Origin: Chiloscyllium plagiosum
Taxonomy: Eukaryota
Reading direction: 5' to 3'
DNA length: 64,000 nt
Assembly (NCBI RefSeq): GCF_004010195.1
Contig: NC_057720.1
Coordinates: 32,187,216-32,251,215, forward strand
Part shown: positions 25,990 through 37,914 of the stretch, piece after piece
Position numbering within the stretch: the stretch's first letter is position 1
How the letters are laid out: every line of letters starts with the position of its first letter
Program-made: the position numbers and the translations under genes
The notes under the pieces: generated by a model
Databases searched by the model: none
Seen by the model: the letters and a program-made list of their open reading frames with translations, nothing else
Told to the model about the DNA's origin: nothing

Positions 25990-28900
25990 GTTGCTATGGA
26001 GTTGTGGATTGGCAGCTCAAACTCAGTTCCCCAACTTCTTATTTCCTTAGCATATGTATAGTCACAGTGCCAGGCAATAGTCCTGTTTGTGGTTAAATGA
26101 TGTTCTCTAAGACCACATTCAAGTTTTAATCAGCAGATGCTCCTCAATAATGTGACTTGTTGCTTGGATTGTATCATAACTGAAACCTGGCTGGTCCAGG
26201 CCATCCCAAAGATGTTAGACAGCTGCAGAAGCCATGGTCAGACCAAAAATGGTTTCGAAGAATTCAATGGTTTCATGGGAGATCACTGCACTTCAACCTG
26301 GCTCTGAAATCAATGCTTTATGGAAGAGTGGTTTCTGGGGATGATTTTCACGCCAATCTTCCATCTAATCCTCCTGAGATTGGTCTTCGTCCGTAATTCC
26401 ATGTCATAGTGCATTTAACTATATAGAGTGGTGTGAGGCAAGGGGGACTGATAGTGGATTGAGGAGGTCATTCAATAAGAGTAGGCTTGGACTGGAGTAT
26501 ATCTTCTCCAGTAACTTGCCTGTTGGGTAGTTTCTCGGGAGTGGGGGGGTGGGGATGGAGATGGGGAGGAGATAGGTGGGTGCATTGATCAAAGAGTACC
26601 TGTAATGATACACAGTGTTGAGTTGAGTTGGGTTGGTATTGTGCTAGGAAGCAATATTCTGCAGATGAGAACATAATGTCAAGGAAAGAGGTCCTTAAGG
26701 ATTTGGTTTAGGATCCCTTAAGATGTCAGTCAGTTTATTGAGGAGGTTGCTGAAGGTTTTTTTTACAGGTATACTGTATAGGGGATACAGGAGTTTACTG
26801 AAGAGGAAATCAAGATGGCAAAAAGGGGGCATGAAATAACCTTGGCTGAGAAAATTATGATGAATCCAAAGAGGTTCTTTAAGTATATTAAAGGAAAAAG
26901 AATAAATAGAGAGTGAATAGGACCCCTCAAGTGGACTCGTATGTGTAGAACTGCAGCAGATGAGTGAGGTCCTCAATGAATATTTCTCCTGTGTTTTCGA
27001 TGGAGAAAGACATGAAGACTTGGGAATTTGGGGAAGTTAGTGGTGATATCTTGGGGACAGTCCAGATCACAGTAGAGGAGGTGTTGGATGTATTAGAATG
27101 TATGAAGATGGATACATTTCCTGACCCTGACCAGATACATCCAAGAGGCTAGAGAAGAAATTGTGGGGGCCCTGGCTGAGACTTTTACATCATTGTTAGC
27201 CATGGGGGAGGTCCCGGAGGACTGGAGAATAGCAAAAGTTGTGCCCTTATTCAAAAAGGGCTGCAAAGAAAAACCTGAGAGCTAAAGACCAGAAAGCTTA
27301 ACATCTGTGGTAGGTAAGTTACTTGAGAAGATTCTCAGAGATAAAATGTACATGTATTTGGAAAGACAGAGTTTGATTAGGAATAATCAGCATGACTTTG
27401 TGCATGGGTGATCACGCCTCACAAATTTGATGGAATTCTTTGATGAAGTGACAAGGAAGATTGACAAGGGCAAGGCTGTAGACATAGTCTGTATTGATTT
27501 CAGTAAGGCCTTTGATAAGGTTCCACATGGTAGGCTGCTCTGAAAGGTTAGACCTCATGGAATTCAAGGGGAGCTGGCAAATTGGTTACACAATTGGCTT
27601 GATGGTAGGAAGTAGAGGATAATAGTGGAAGAATGCTTGTCTGATTGAGGTTTGTGACTCACGGAATGCCTTAGGAGTCGGTGTTGGGCCCATTGCTGTT
27701 TGTCATCTGTATCAATGATTTGGATGAGAATGTGCAAGGCATGATTAGTAAGTTTACAGGTGACACTAAAATAGGAGGTTTCGTGGACAGTGAAGAAGGT
27801 TGTCAGAAATTGCAGCAGTACTTTGATCAGCTGGGGAAGTGGGCCAAGAAGTGGCAAATGGAGTTTAATATAGATAAGTGTGGATTTTGGAAAGTCAAAT
27901 CAAGGTAGGAGTTTCATGGTGAATGGTAGGGCCTTAAGGAGTGTCGTAGAACAGAGCGACCTTGGAGTTCAGGCCACAGTTCTCTGAAAGTGGAGTCACA
28001 GGTAGATAGGGCAGTGCAGAACACTTTTGAAACAGTGGCCTTCATCAGTGAGGGCATTGACTCTTTTTTGACTCTGATCTCCAACATCTGCAGTCCTCAC
28101 TTTCTCGTTGCTATAGGAAGGATGTTATTAAACTGGAAAGAGTGCAGTAGAAACTTGCAAGAATGTTGCCAGGGCTCATAGGGTCTGAGTTATAGGGAGA
28201 GGTTGGACAAACTAGGACTTTTTTCTTTAGAATGTAGGAGACTGAAGCAGGATCTTATAGAAGTGATTAAGATCATGAGAGGCATGGATAGAGTGAATAC
28301 AATTGGTCTTTTCCCCACGGTTGGGGAATCAAGAACTAGAGGGCATCAGTTTAAGATTAGAGGGAAAAGAATAAAAGGGAACCTGAGGGACAACTCTTTT
28401 TTACACAGAGAGTGGTATTCAAATGGAATGAGCTGCCAGCCGAAGTGGTTGAGGCAGGTCCATTAACAACAGTTAAAATGCATTTAGACAAATACATGAA
28501 TAGGAAAGGTTTAGAAGCGTATGGGCCAAGTGCAGGGAAATGGGGTTAACATTGATGGACCTTTTGCTCGGCCTGGACCAGTTTGGGTCAAAGGGTCTGT
28601 CTCCATGCTGTAGGACTCTATGACTCTATGATTCCTGTTAAAGTGCTGTTCTATGTGAGTGTTCTGTCAAGGGTGATGCTTAGATAAACAGGTGGAGCAC
28701 ATGCTTCAGTCACTAACCATCCGGGATGATTTACAAGACCCTCACATTGCTGTCATTACAAAGGTGGAATGTGCTAGAGTCTGTTTGACTGGTGTTTGGT
28801 TGTAGGCTCCACATCTTTCAGTCATCAGTCAGCCATAACATTATGTAATGCATCTTCCAGCTCAGATGAAGTCTGAACCTGTAGTACACAGCAGATGTTT

Positions 28901-29180
28901 TCTGCATGGATAAACCGGGACCAGGTGGGGGGCAGTTTGTTGATGTACGAGTTGAATAGGGTTGGGGCTAAGACAGTCTCCTGAGGTAACTCATTCATCT
29001 ATTTCCTCCAGGCACTAGTGTTGTCACCCATATGCCTCTTGACCCTGAACTGTCTGTGCTGGATTAGCAGTTCAATGGTTTCACTAACCCAGGGAGGGGA
29101 AACGCTTGATATTTTGATGAATATGTCCATATGTCAGACTGTAGTGAATGGTAGGAAGGTCACAGCAAATCATCCTGTTT
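25990..29180 (-). mobile_element. Decayed Vingi/Ingi-like LINE, split by a CR1 insertion
   Basis: Minus strand ~28890-28990: LPQETVLAPTLFNSYIN and FIHAENIC (decayed PQGSVLAPTLFN and FIYADDIC). ~26200-26260 resembles the C-terminal NRFRTGHG.C motif. Confidence 0.5.
26420..28630 (+). mobile_element. CR1 LINE ORF2, decayed
   Basis: [56 protein letters not shown], and (CTATGACT) tail. Confidence 0.9.
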
Positions 29181-29505
29181 TGAGATTCCTTTGAAATATA
29201 TTTTCAATGAAAGTGAGAAATGTGACGACTTGCTCACATACACTTCTTCCTTGTTAAAAGCCTGCCTAGTTCTATACTCGGGATGTTTTGCCACTTCTGC
29301 CTTAATGTACTGTAGGACCAATCATGCTACTACTTTGAAGCACACTGATAACAAGGATATTGGCCAGGAAGTTTATGGTAATTTTGAATCTTTGCTGTTG
29401 TATCTAATAAGCTCCGATAATGAACGTTAAATACCTAGTGACTGAAGGTAATAGGGTAACAAGGTGTCTGTTATATATTAGTTAATTATACATAAATGCA
29501 TCAAA

Positions 29506-30120
29506 GGTGTCTTGCGGTGCAGTGGTAGTGATCCTAGCTCTGAGTCTGGAGGCCTGGGTAAAAACCTCACCTGCTCTAGATCTGTATAATAACATGTCTG
29601 AGCAGGTCAATTAGAAAAATATCTATTTGGACACATCATTGGGGGTTTTTGTGACACTGGATAGTGCCCCTAACTTTGATCGAGAGACCCTACTTTAATG
29701 CCCATCTGTTCCAGAGGTCCATCATAACATCACTGAACAGGATGATTAGAAAATATCAGATTGCAAAGTCAGACCAGCTCTTACTAACCTCTGAAAACAC
29801 AAAGACTCAGGAATATTTAATCACATCTGTCATCTTCAAAAAAAAACTCTACTTAGATACATCATTGGGGCTCTTACGATGCAGTGGTAGTATCCCTATG
29901 TCTGAGCCAGGAAGCCTGGGTTCATGTCCCACCTGTTCCAAGGATGTGTCATTACACATCTGAACAAGATGATTAGAATATCTACTAAAATATGTTGTGA
30001 GGTCTGTTGTGGTGCACTGGTAGTGTCTCTAACTCTGAACCAAGAGACCTGAGTTTGAGATCCACCCTGTTTAGAAGTGTGTCATAATAACTCAGAACAG
30101 GTTTTCTTTAGAAATCTAGA
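29506..30120 (+). repeat. Cluster of four ~110-120 bp tRNA-derived SINE copies in the same orientation
   Basis: Copies start near 29506, 29642, 29866 and 30000, each with (G)CAGTGGTAGTG..CTCTGAG..CCTGGGT..CACCTG..CATAA..TGAACAGG..TTAGAA. Confidence 0.7.
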
Positions 30121-30628
30121 TCAATATCTCTGGTTCAGATAGACTGCAAGCAGCACAGTCTTGTGACAGATCTGTGGACCAAAAGGTTCAAGTTTAAAAC
30201 TGTGTTAAACAATCAGTTGTCTCCACCATAGTGTTCTAGTTCAGGTGCATTCTTACAAATAGATTTGGATCTCCTTTAAAATTTGCCTGACTCTGAAAGG
30301 CTGATGACATGAGACATGCATAGGATTTTGATAGTCTTCCCTCAGATAACTTCTGTATACGTTTAGGCCAACCGGGAGTGGAGTCATGAGCTAAGGTGCT
30401 TTAGAAATTCAGAGGATATCAGCAGTGCCCAGGTTGATGGCTTAGTGTACTTTGTCCAACTGCAGGACATTGAAGTGTTCAAACTTGCCATTGTATAGCC
30501 TGTGGAAGGATTCTCAGAAAAATAATAGTATTAATAAATACTATTAATAAATAACAGAGGTTTAAATGATGCTGGGGAAGGTGAAGCAGACTGATTTGCA
30601 CATTATGTATTCCAATACTTGCTTTTAG

Positions 30629-30846
30629 GTGCTAATGACTTGCATGAGACGTTTATACCAGAAAATCAACTGAAAAGGGAGACATGCAGAACACTTTCCA
30701 TCATATCACTTAATGGCTTCACAGTGGCATCAAAGACGTCTTTACCATTCAAGTCAGACAACATTTATGGCCCTCAAAACCTTCAACTGCACAGAAAAGA
30801 CAGGAAGAGAAATTCTACTCTTCATTCACTCAGCAAGCAAAATGAG
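30629..30846 (+). CDS. Candidate host-gene exon B2 (ANDLHETFIPENQLKRETCR...RKDRKRNSTLHSLSKQNE)
   Basis: Acceptor cttgcttttAG, donor gag/GTGAAA, phase 1 to 0. Paralogous to exon B1. Confidence 0.5.
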
Positions 30847-31656
30847 GTGAAATTAACTCAATCTCTAAAATTATTTTAAGGAACATTACATCACCATAGT
30901 AATTCTTTGTGAATCACTGACAATACAATTTTATCTCCAATAATCTGTCAGTTAAACATTTTGAAAATAATTATTGCATCATTGATTAATCTGATCATCC
31001 ACCAGTAGCCACCATTTTGAATAACAGAAGAACTGAGCTACTCAGCCTCACCTTTTCCTCAGGGTACACGAGGGCAGAAAGGGCAAAATGGAATAAATAT
31101 TGAACAATAGTATAATTGGAGCTACCTTGTAGATGTTAAGACACGAGACAATTATTCAGTGTCTGGACACTTTAGACAATTTTGGTTTGCTTCCTCAGAG
31201 CAGTATTACTGGAAGCCTCTGTGCTGTTTTTGAAGATCAAAACTTCAACATTTGTTGATATTGATATTTTGCTGTGCAATGATGCAATGATTCACATTAA
31301 TTCTAGGTCAACTACATTTTAAACATTCATTAAACCACAAATAAGAATTACTGCGTTCAAGAATCAATAGGTGAATTGTTATAATTGGTACATTATTTCT
31401 ATGTAGCCACTAGCTGGTCATTTCAAACATCTGAGAAGCATATTTTTGTTTCAACAAAAGATAGGAAAAAAAAGTCTAAATACGAGTTGTGAAATGAAAT
31501 GAGTAAATGCAAGGTGCAACTTGGTTTTTTAAAAAGCAATAATTAGAATGTTAATAGGTATGGTGCTGTGGTGGAGTAGAAGGATTTAGAAATACAGTTG
31601 GAAAATCTGTTTTTTTTTAAAAGAACAACTACAGTATTTCTAGTTTTTTTTATTTT

Positions 31657-31843
31657 TAGATTTAGAATTCCAACTGTGTTGAAACAGACCCTTCGGCCCA
31701 GCAAGTCCATACCGATCCTCTGAAGAGTAACCCACCCAGACCTATTACCCTACCCTATTATCCTATATTTACCCCTGACTAATACACCTAACCTACGCAT
31801 CCTTGAACACTATGGGCAATTTAGCATGGCCAAATCACCTAAA
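31657..31843 (-). mobile_element. HE1-type SINE, 5'-truncated
   Basis: CCCTTCGGCCC..AAGTCCA..GGGCAATTTAGCATGGCC, matching the other copies. Confidence 0.8.
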
Positions 31844-32239
31844 CTTTATCCTGAGAGGTACACATATGAATGCCAAGAAGGATTGTTGAATCGACACAAA
31901 GCCTTAATTATATTCTTCAATATACTGTGCTCATTATTGCACTCCACTTTAAGACAATTATTAGCGCTTTCGGAAAGGTTCATTGGATATTAGTTGGAGA
32001 AAATAAATGTACAAAAAGACTGGTTGCTCAACTTTGGTTGAACAGATGTTATGTGACAATGCACTTACTAATCATAAACATAGATATGAGATAATTAGAA
32101 CGCTTGTGGAACCATTGCCAGGTTCTTAGTTCAAGACTGTAGGAAGTGACTTAGCTGGTAACTTGTTCTCATTCCTTTCTATGGGTGGTCCTTGACCCCC
32201 ATGATGCCACAGAATGATAACAACTTTATTCCACCAAGA

Positions 32240-32520
32240 ACATTCATAAGAACATAGGACTCTGGAGCAACAATACATCCATGTGGCCTTTCAAGACTGT
32301 TTAACTGGTCATCAAAATCATGTTTGATTGGTTGTGGTATTAGCTTAATTTGCCTGTCTTCACCTTGACCCATACTCTCTTGCCCATCAACATTTTTTTT
32401 AACTTAGCCTTGAATAAATCTAAAGACGCAGCCTCCACTACCTTCTAGTGAAGAGAATTTCACATTCTAATGACCCTCTGCCTATAATAGGAGACCTTTT
32501 ATTCTTAAACAATGTTCCCA
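32240..32520 (-). mobile_element. CR1 3' end, older subfamily
   Basis: CATAAGAACATAGG tail and GAAGAGAATTTCACATTCTAATGACCCTCTG (FTQRV..W motif). Confidence 0.6.
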
Positions 32521-33009
32521 TCCACCACCCTGCATATCTTCCCTGCCCTCCCATTCAAAATTCCATAATTGAAATGCTGTCATTGATATTCATTGCACCT
32601 TTCCTATAAGAGGGAGCACCTGTCTTTTAGAAGAGCTGGCTAAATGCACCACATGGTTCTCTGCACAATGCTGAGCACAAAGGCAGACAACAGCGCAAAA
32701 GAAAAGAAAGCAATGTAGGGCATGCTTGGCCAGATGCTACGATGATGCAGATGTGGTGGCTGCATAAAACTTATGTCAACCCACCTAATTCAGAACAGGA
32801 TTTAAACAGTTACACAGTCGCATCTCCTGCACCCAAGAGCTAAAGCATATGAGTTTCTAGTCTGTTTTGTTCTTTACTATAAATTAGGCCTAAATAAATA
32901 TAAATTATAACAAAATTTGTGATTCTGCCACTCATGACATTAACAAAAGCCATAAGTGGATTGGGCTTTCATTCTTATTTACATCTTTCAGAATATCTGT
33001 TATACCAAG

Positions 33010-33275
33010 GTCCTCTCTGTTCATGGAGATGAATATCAACAATGCCACGACACTGTAATGAAGATCATCAGTGGCCTAGCCAATATTTACCCTCAGCTAA
33101 CCTCAGTGGAACAAATTATTTGGACAATGATTTCATTGCTGTTTATAGGATTTGGCTGCATACAAATTTCTGTATTTCCTTCATTACAATAATAATTACA
33201 TTTCAAAAAATACTTAATTGGTTGCTTTGACTAGTCCTGAAGCTATGATATGTGATAGATAGATGAAAATCTATA
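33010..33275 (+). mobile_element. Degenerate Deu-domain SINE (SacSINE1/AmnSINE1 superfamily), 3' part
   Basis: GCCAATATTTACCCTCA..ATTGCTGTTTATAGGA..CATTACAATAATAATTACATTTCAAAAAATACTTAATTGG resembles the Deu domain and tail as recalled. Confidence 0.6.
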
Positions 33276-33321
33276 TTTTATCTTAATTTCATTGACCTCT
33301 ACTTTCTTGTCTATTTCCCAG

Positions 33322-33444
33322 ATGTTGTTTAGAAGATTAGAAAAGCCTTGTCTTTGTCAGAAGAGAATTGCTTTGGCTTATCTTAAAATAGATCCACTGC
33401 AGCTCAATGAAAGAAGTTTGGAATCCTCCAAAAGACACTTTTTA
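33322..33444 (+). CDS. Candidate host-gene exon (MLFRRLEKPCLCQKRIALAYLKIDPLQLNERSLESSKRHFL)
   Basis: Strong acceptor tttcttgtctatttcccAG, weak donor GTATTG, phase 0 to 0. Confidence 0.3.
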
Positions 33445-34295
33445 GTATTGGGTGAACAACCTGCAATGAACATAATTAAGTTTAATTCAATCTAATTTTC
33501 TGTTGTATTTAATTATTTGCATTTCAATTTACGGTTCCTTCTGTTCAGTGAATAACTTCTTTTCAATTATATATTCTTCACTGAGAATTTTACACTACAT
33601 ACAACCTTGTTGTTTTAGAATGTTATCTAAAAATGTAAAGTATATTTATCTTTTGATTATTAGTCAGAGTCAGATGAGGATTTCATCAAAACATTCCTGT
33701 GTTCCTGTGTGACTTACATTTCGCTGGTATTTGTTTGTATATTGTCAAAGCAAAATGAAATCACCATGAATTTACAGAAACATTACAATTGTGTTCAGCA
33801 TAAATAATATTTGTGAAATATATTCATTTACATTATTAAACACCATTACACCACAGAACTGATAAATGTAGTTATTCTAATCAACTTGTTCAGATGTGAC
33901 ACATGGGCATAAGCCTAGATTTTCTGAAGGAGAGATGAGGATAAAGGTCATATTCACGCTTGTTTTCATATTTGCCTCTACACTAATCTGGATGAAGTTG
34001 GGTTAAGCAAAAGGCTAATAGTTTATTAATAGTGATAATGCTAATAATTTGGACAACCTTGAAGGTTCATTCTCCCACCTCCCTAAAGTTTGATATTTAC
34101 ATTTTTATCTACAAACTGTTGAAGACAAAGGCAAAATACTGCTTTTTCTTGAAATAAGAAACAAAAACAGAAATTGCTAGAAATAATCAATCTCTATTTT
34201 CAGAAAGTATTTGTGAAGAGGGAAATAAAGGATAGAATCTTCTGAATATAGTCCTTGCTTGAACAGCAGAACTGTATGCAGTTCAAGGTTTTCGG

Positions 34296-34485
34296 TGGAT
34301 TGGCCATGCTAAATTGCCCACAGTGTCCAGCGATGTCCAGGCTAGGTGGATTAGCCATGGGAAATGCAGGGTTGCAGGGACAGGATAGGGTGGTTGCCCT
34401 GGATGGGATGCTCATCAGAGGGACGCAATGGGTTGGATAGGCTGAATGGCTTGCTTCCACACTGTAGGGACTCTGTGATTCTATG
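34296..34485 (+). mobile_element. HE1-type SINE 3' half
   Basis: GGATTGGCCATGCTAAATTGCCC..GGCTGAATGGCTTGCTTCCACACTGTAGGGA. Confidence 0.8.
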
Positions 34486-34929
34486 AAAGCAATTCACTCC
34501 CAGAGTCAAGGCATAAGCATTTCACCACAAGATTTCCCTGGCCAGTTTGGAAGGGTGGATGGGATGATGCACTGAAGCTGTCAAAAGAATGATTTCTAAT
34601 TAAATGGATCATGACATGAGTTAGAAAGGCTTAACATCACTGAGATTCTTGAGGTTGCAGCAACCACAGTAATGGAAAAAACAAGTGGGAAGGCTGTGCC
34701 CTGGGTTTCTCAGTATCATTGAATGGCTCTAGTACAGTGAGTATTCCTAACAATGGGAGCAAAATTACCATGTTTCAAGCTGAGCAAGCCTGAAAGGAAT
34801 AGATAAGGAAGTGAGGTCCCACCATCCTGGAGACAATGCACCAAGCGACCCACAAGAAGTGACATTCATAGGTGACCAGCTCTTCATTAGTTTTCCCAGA
34901 CTTCTCCAGCTCCAGGAATTCTCAGGTAT

Positions 34930-35235
34930 TCTCTCTCTCTTCAGGAACAGCATATCCCCAATTGACTCACTCTTAGCCTTCACATTCGCTCAGCAATCCT
35001 CTTCCTTTTCCAGCATGATGTCTTCACCAAATATAGCTTCCCTTACACTCAACTTTCAGCACACTGAAGGGTTTGCACTCCCCATGATACCCTGGATTAA
35101 TCCTCAAACACTCCCTCCCATTTCCATGACACCTTGTCATGCAAGCATTAGAGATGCAGCACCTGATCTTTTACCTCCTGCTATCTCACCACCCAGGTCT
35201 GCAAGCACACCAAGGTAAAACACATATTCTTATTG
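34930..35235 (+). mobile_element. Decayed Penelope-like element, RT-to-GIY-YIG linker region
   Basis: CCAGCATGATGTCTTCACCAAATATAGCTTCCC..CATGCAAGCATTAGAGATGCAGCACCTG (Cys-rich linker remnant). Confidence 0.5.
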
Positions 35236-35904
35236 TAGTTTTTAAAATTTAGCACATTGTGGAGAAAAACACAGATGTGGAGATATTTCACAATCTCTCA
35301 TGTTTCAATCTGCATATGTAATTCCAAGTTTTTGGACAGTTTTCATTTTAATTCACCGCATGACTTTCTCAAGAACCTTTTGTCCTACACTGTTCTAGAG
35401 AAGGTCATTGTAAGCTGAGGAAACAAGCTGAGGAAACACATTTGCATCAAACTTCCAGACTCAGCAGAGTTCAGCAACATTCCTAATAAACACTGCCCAC
35501 ATTTCTTTAATCCCAATTGTTGAATTTGAATATGCTTTAGCAATTTATACCTTCTCTGAACATGTCAGATGCTCAGTGCTGTGTCCAATGTTCTTTATGA
35601 TGCATATTAACGATTTGGATATAAATGATGAAGAAGTTTGTAGATGATACAAAAGTTGGCTGAATGATGAATCGTGAGGTGGATAGCTATAGTTAGACTG
35701 GGTGACCCTTTCTCAGCGAGCAGACATGATGGGTCAAGTGGCCATTTTCTATGCAGTAAATATACCATGATTCTTTCACTTGGTTGTTTTCTTGTGCTAA
35801 TGCCATCATCTCTTGTCCAGCACTGTAATCTATTTTGTTATTTGACCTCACATGCCTTTCACCTTATTGCAGATTTTCACTTTTGTACTTAACTATTCCA
35901 GCAG

Positions 35905-36128
35905 GTGTCAGTTTAGCTCAGTTTGTTGGATAACTGGTTTGTATTGCAGATTTAATGCTAATAGTATGTGTTCAATTCCTGTACTGGCTAAGTTTACCAA
36001 GGGGATTGATTTTCTTTTTCTCAAACTTTCCCTCATCTGAGGTATAGCCACTAGTAGCAGCCATCTTCCTGTATTGAGAGAGAAGCCATCTTCCTGTATT
36101 GGTCTGGTGAGACTATGGTTACTTTACT
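35905..36128 (+). mobile_element. tRNA-derived SINE
   Basis: TTTAGCTCAGTT A-box, GTTCAATTCC B-box, and tail GACTATGGTTACTTTACT. Confidence 0.6.
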
Positions 36129-36579
36129 CCAACAATTTCCTTGTGAACTCACTTAAAATGTTTGCAACTCTACTTCTATTTTGTTCCTTACTCCGCAGAT
36201 ACCTTTTGACGTGAGTATTTCCAACTTATTGTTTATTTTTAATTACTGAAGAGTCAGTTTAGAAAGAGCAAATAAAAGTACTTTCTAGGTATTGAAGATA
36301 TATCTTAGTCACATATTGCTTACTTTTGGAGTTCACTTAAAACTCAGAACCCTGAGAATCAGTGGATTAAAATCTTTAATATTTCTACTTTAAAGAGACT
36401 CTGAGTTGCTGCTCTCTGTGTCCTGCTCATTTGTGTCTTGTGTTGCAGTGAGAGACTTTGCATCGGGTTAGCATTCACTTCCACTAGGTGTTTATGGTTC
36501 TCATATACGTTTTTACTTTGAATGTTATTCCTGTATTTTCTGGACTATAAATGCTAAAATAAATCTGAAATGATCCGCT

Positions 36580-36685
36580 GAGGGTGAGAGAAGGCTCACA
36601 GCTGCCAGCCATGCTGCCAGACATCTCTCTCTCCCCGGAGCTCCGGTTTCTTTGTACAATAAACTCTGTCGTTGAATTCTGATTC
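36580..36685 (+). repeat. Isolated copy of the ERV LTR R region
   Basis: GAGGGTGAGAGAAGGCT..CCCCGGAGCTCCGGTTTCTTTGTACAATAAACTCTGTCGTTGAAT matches 37765-37860 and ~46886-46985. Confidence 0.85.
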
Positions 36686-37178
36686 AAGAAAGCTGCAATT
36701 AACAACTTGAAACTATTAAGCAAATGAAAGAAAGAAGCATCTCATCTGTTAACAATTGGAAAACTAAAGGAAATCTAACATGAGGGTCACTGATTAAACT
36801 CACGTGACCATATTCCCAACATTTCTGCATATACAGCCTTATATTAATTGCAAAGAGTTCCACCTTTAAAGATCCAATTTATCTACAATTATAGAATAAT
36901 GCACGTAAACAAACCTTATCCGCAAACCTGGCTTATCAATCCTCGGAGCCTGTTTCTATTCTGTTTCAAATTATGGGCTGTTTTTGTCTGAAAATAGAAC
37001 ACAGCTTCTTTTGAAGGTGCATTGGTGGTAGCACATTTAGTGACAGTATAGGATTATCATAGAAATATGAGTATGAATGCTGCAATGTGAGACTGTATAT
37101 ATTAGTGAGCATTGAGAGTGTCCAAAATGGCAAGTATATTTTGCATTGCAGGGAATGATGCTGCAATCTGATTTGTAG

Positions 37179-37894
37179 TGAAGTGGAGTTGACACGGGGC
37201 ATGCTGATACAGGGCACACAGACACACGAGGGCCGCTGAGCCATAAGTTGGTCACTTAGCACACAAGATGGCCACTGAGCCATTACATAGAAAGGTACCG
37301 TGAAGCATACACAGACACTGCCTGAGACCAACAGGATACCTGCACAATAGACACAGAACAAAGATAATTAGTTTAAGGTGGGTTGGGGAGAGAATACGCG
37401 CCAGTAATGTCTACTGCCCACTGAAGCGTCTGAGTCCAGCCACCACCTTAAATAGAAATGTTAACTACCTGAAACTGCTTGTATACAAGTGTTAATACCT
37501 TAGATTTGCAGTAATGGAGAATGATCTTCCTTCTCAGGAAGAACGATCATGATCAATTACTGCAGCAAGGGACTTCTGCGTAGCTGCTGAAACTGACAAT
37601 GACTCTGTAGCATTCCTCTGAAACTGACAATGACTCTGTAACATTCCTCTGAAACTGACAATGACTCTGTAGTGTTTTCTGTAAACAAACCATGTTGCAC
37701 AATAAAGACTCGATATCTGGACCATTATACCATGAAATGCATAAAATATTGTGCCATGTGCTCCGAGGGTGAGAGAAGGCTGGCACTGACACCCGTGCTG
37801 CCAGATGTCTCTTTCTCCCCGGAGCTCTTTGTGCAGTAAACTCTGTTGTTGAATTTCAGTTCTGACTCTGAGACTGGTAATTTTCCCCACAACA
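37179..37894 (+). repeat. ERV 5' LTR
   Basis: TGAAGTGG...CCCACAACA, a direct repeat of 46370-47022. TATA degraded to CATAAAA (37740) and polyA signal to AGTAAA (37835). Confidence 0.95.
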
Positions 37895-37896
37895 AT

Positions 37897-37914
37897 CGGC
37901 ATAGTCAGCAGGAT
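37897..37914 (+). promoter_or_regulatory. Primer-binding site, tRNA-Ser
   Basis: CGGCATAGTCAGCAGGAT versus TGGCGTAGTCGGCAGGAT (complement of the vertebrate tRNA-Ser 3' end): 15/18 match, 2 nt after the LTR. Confidence 0.85.

Noticed and set aside
32956..33230. Hydrophobic short ORFs suggesting a membrane peptide
   Set aside because: They overlap a degenerate Deu-SINE.
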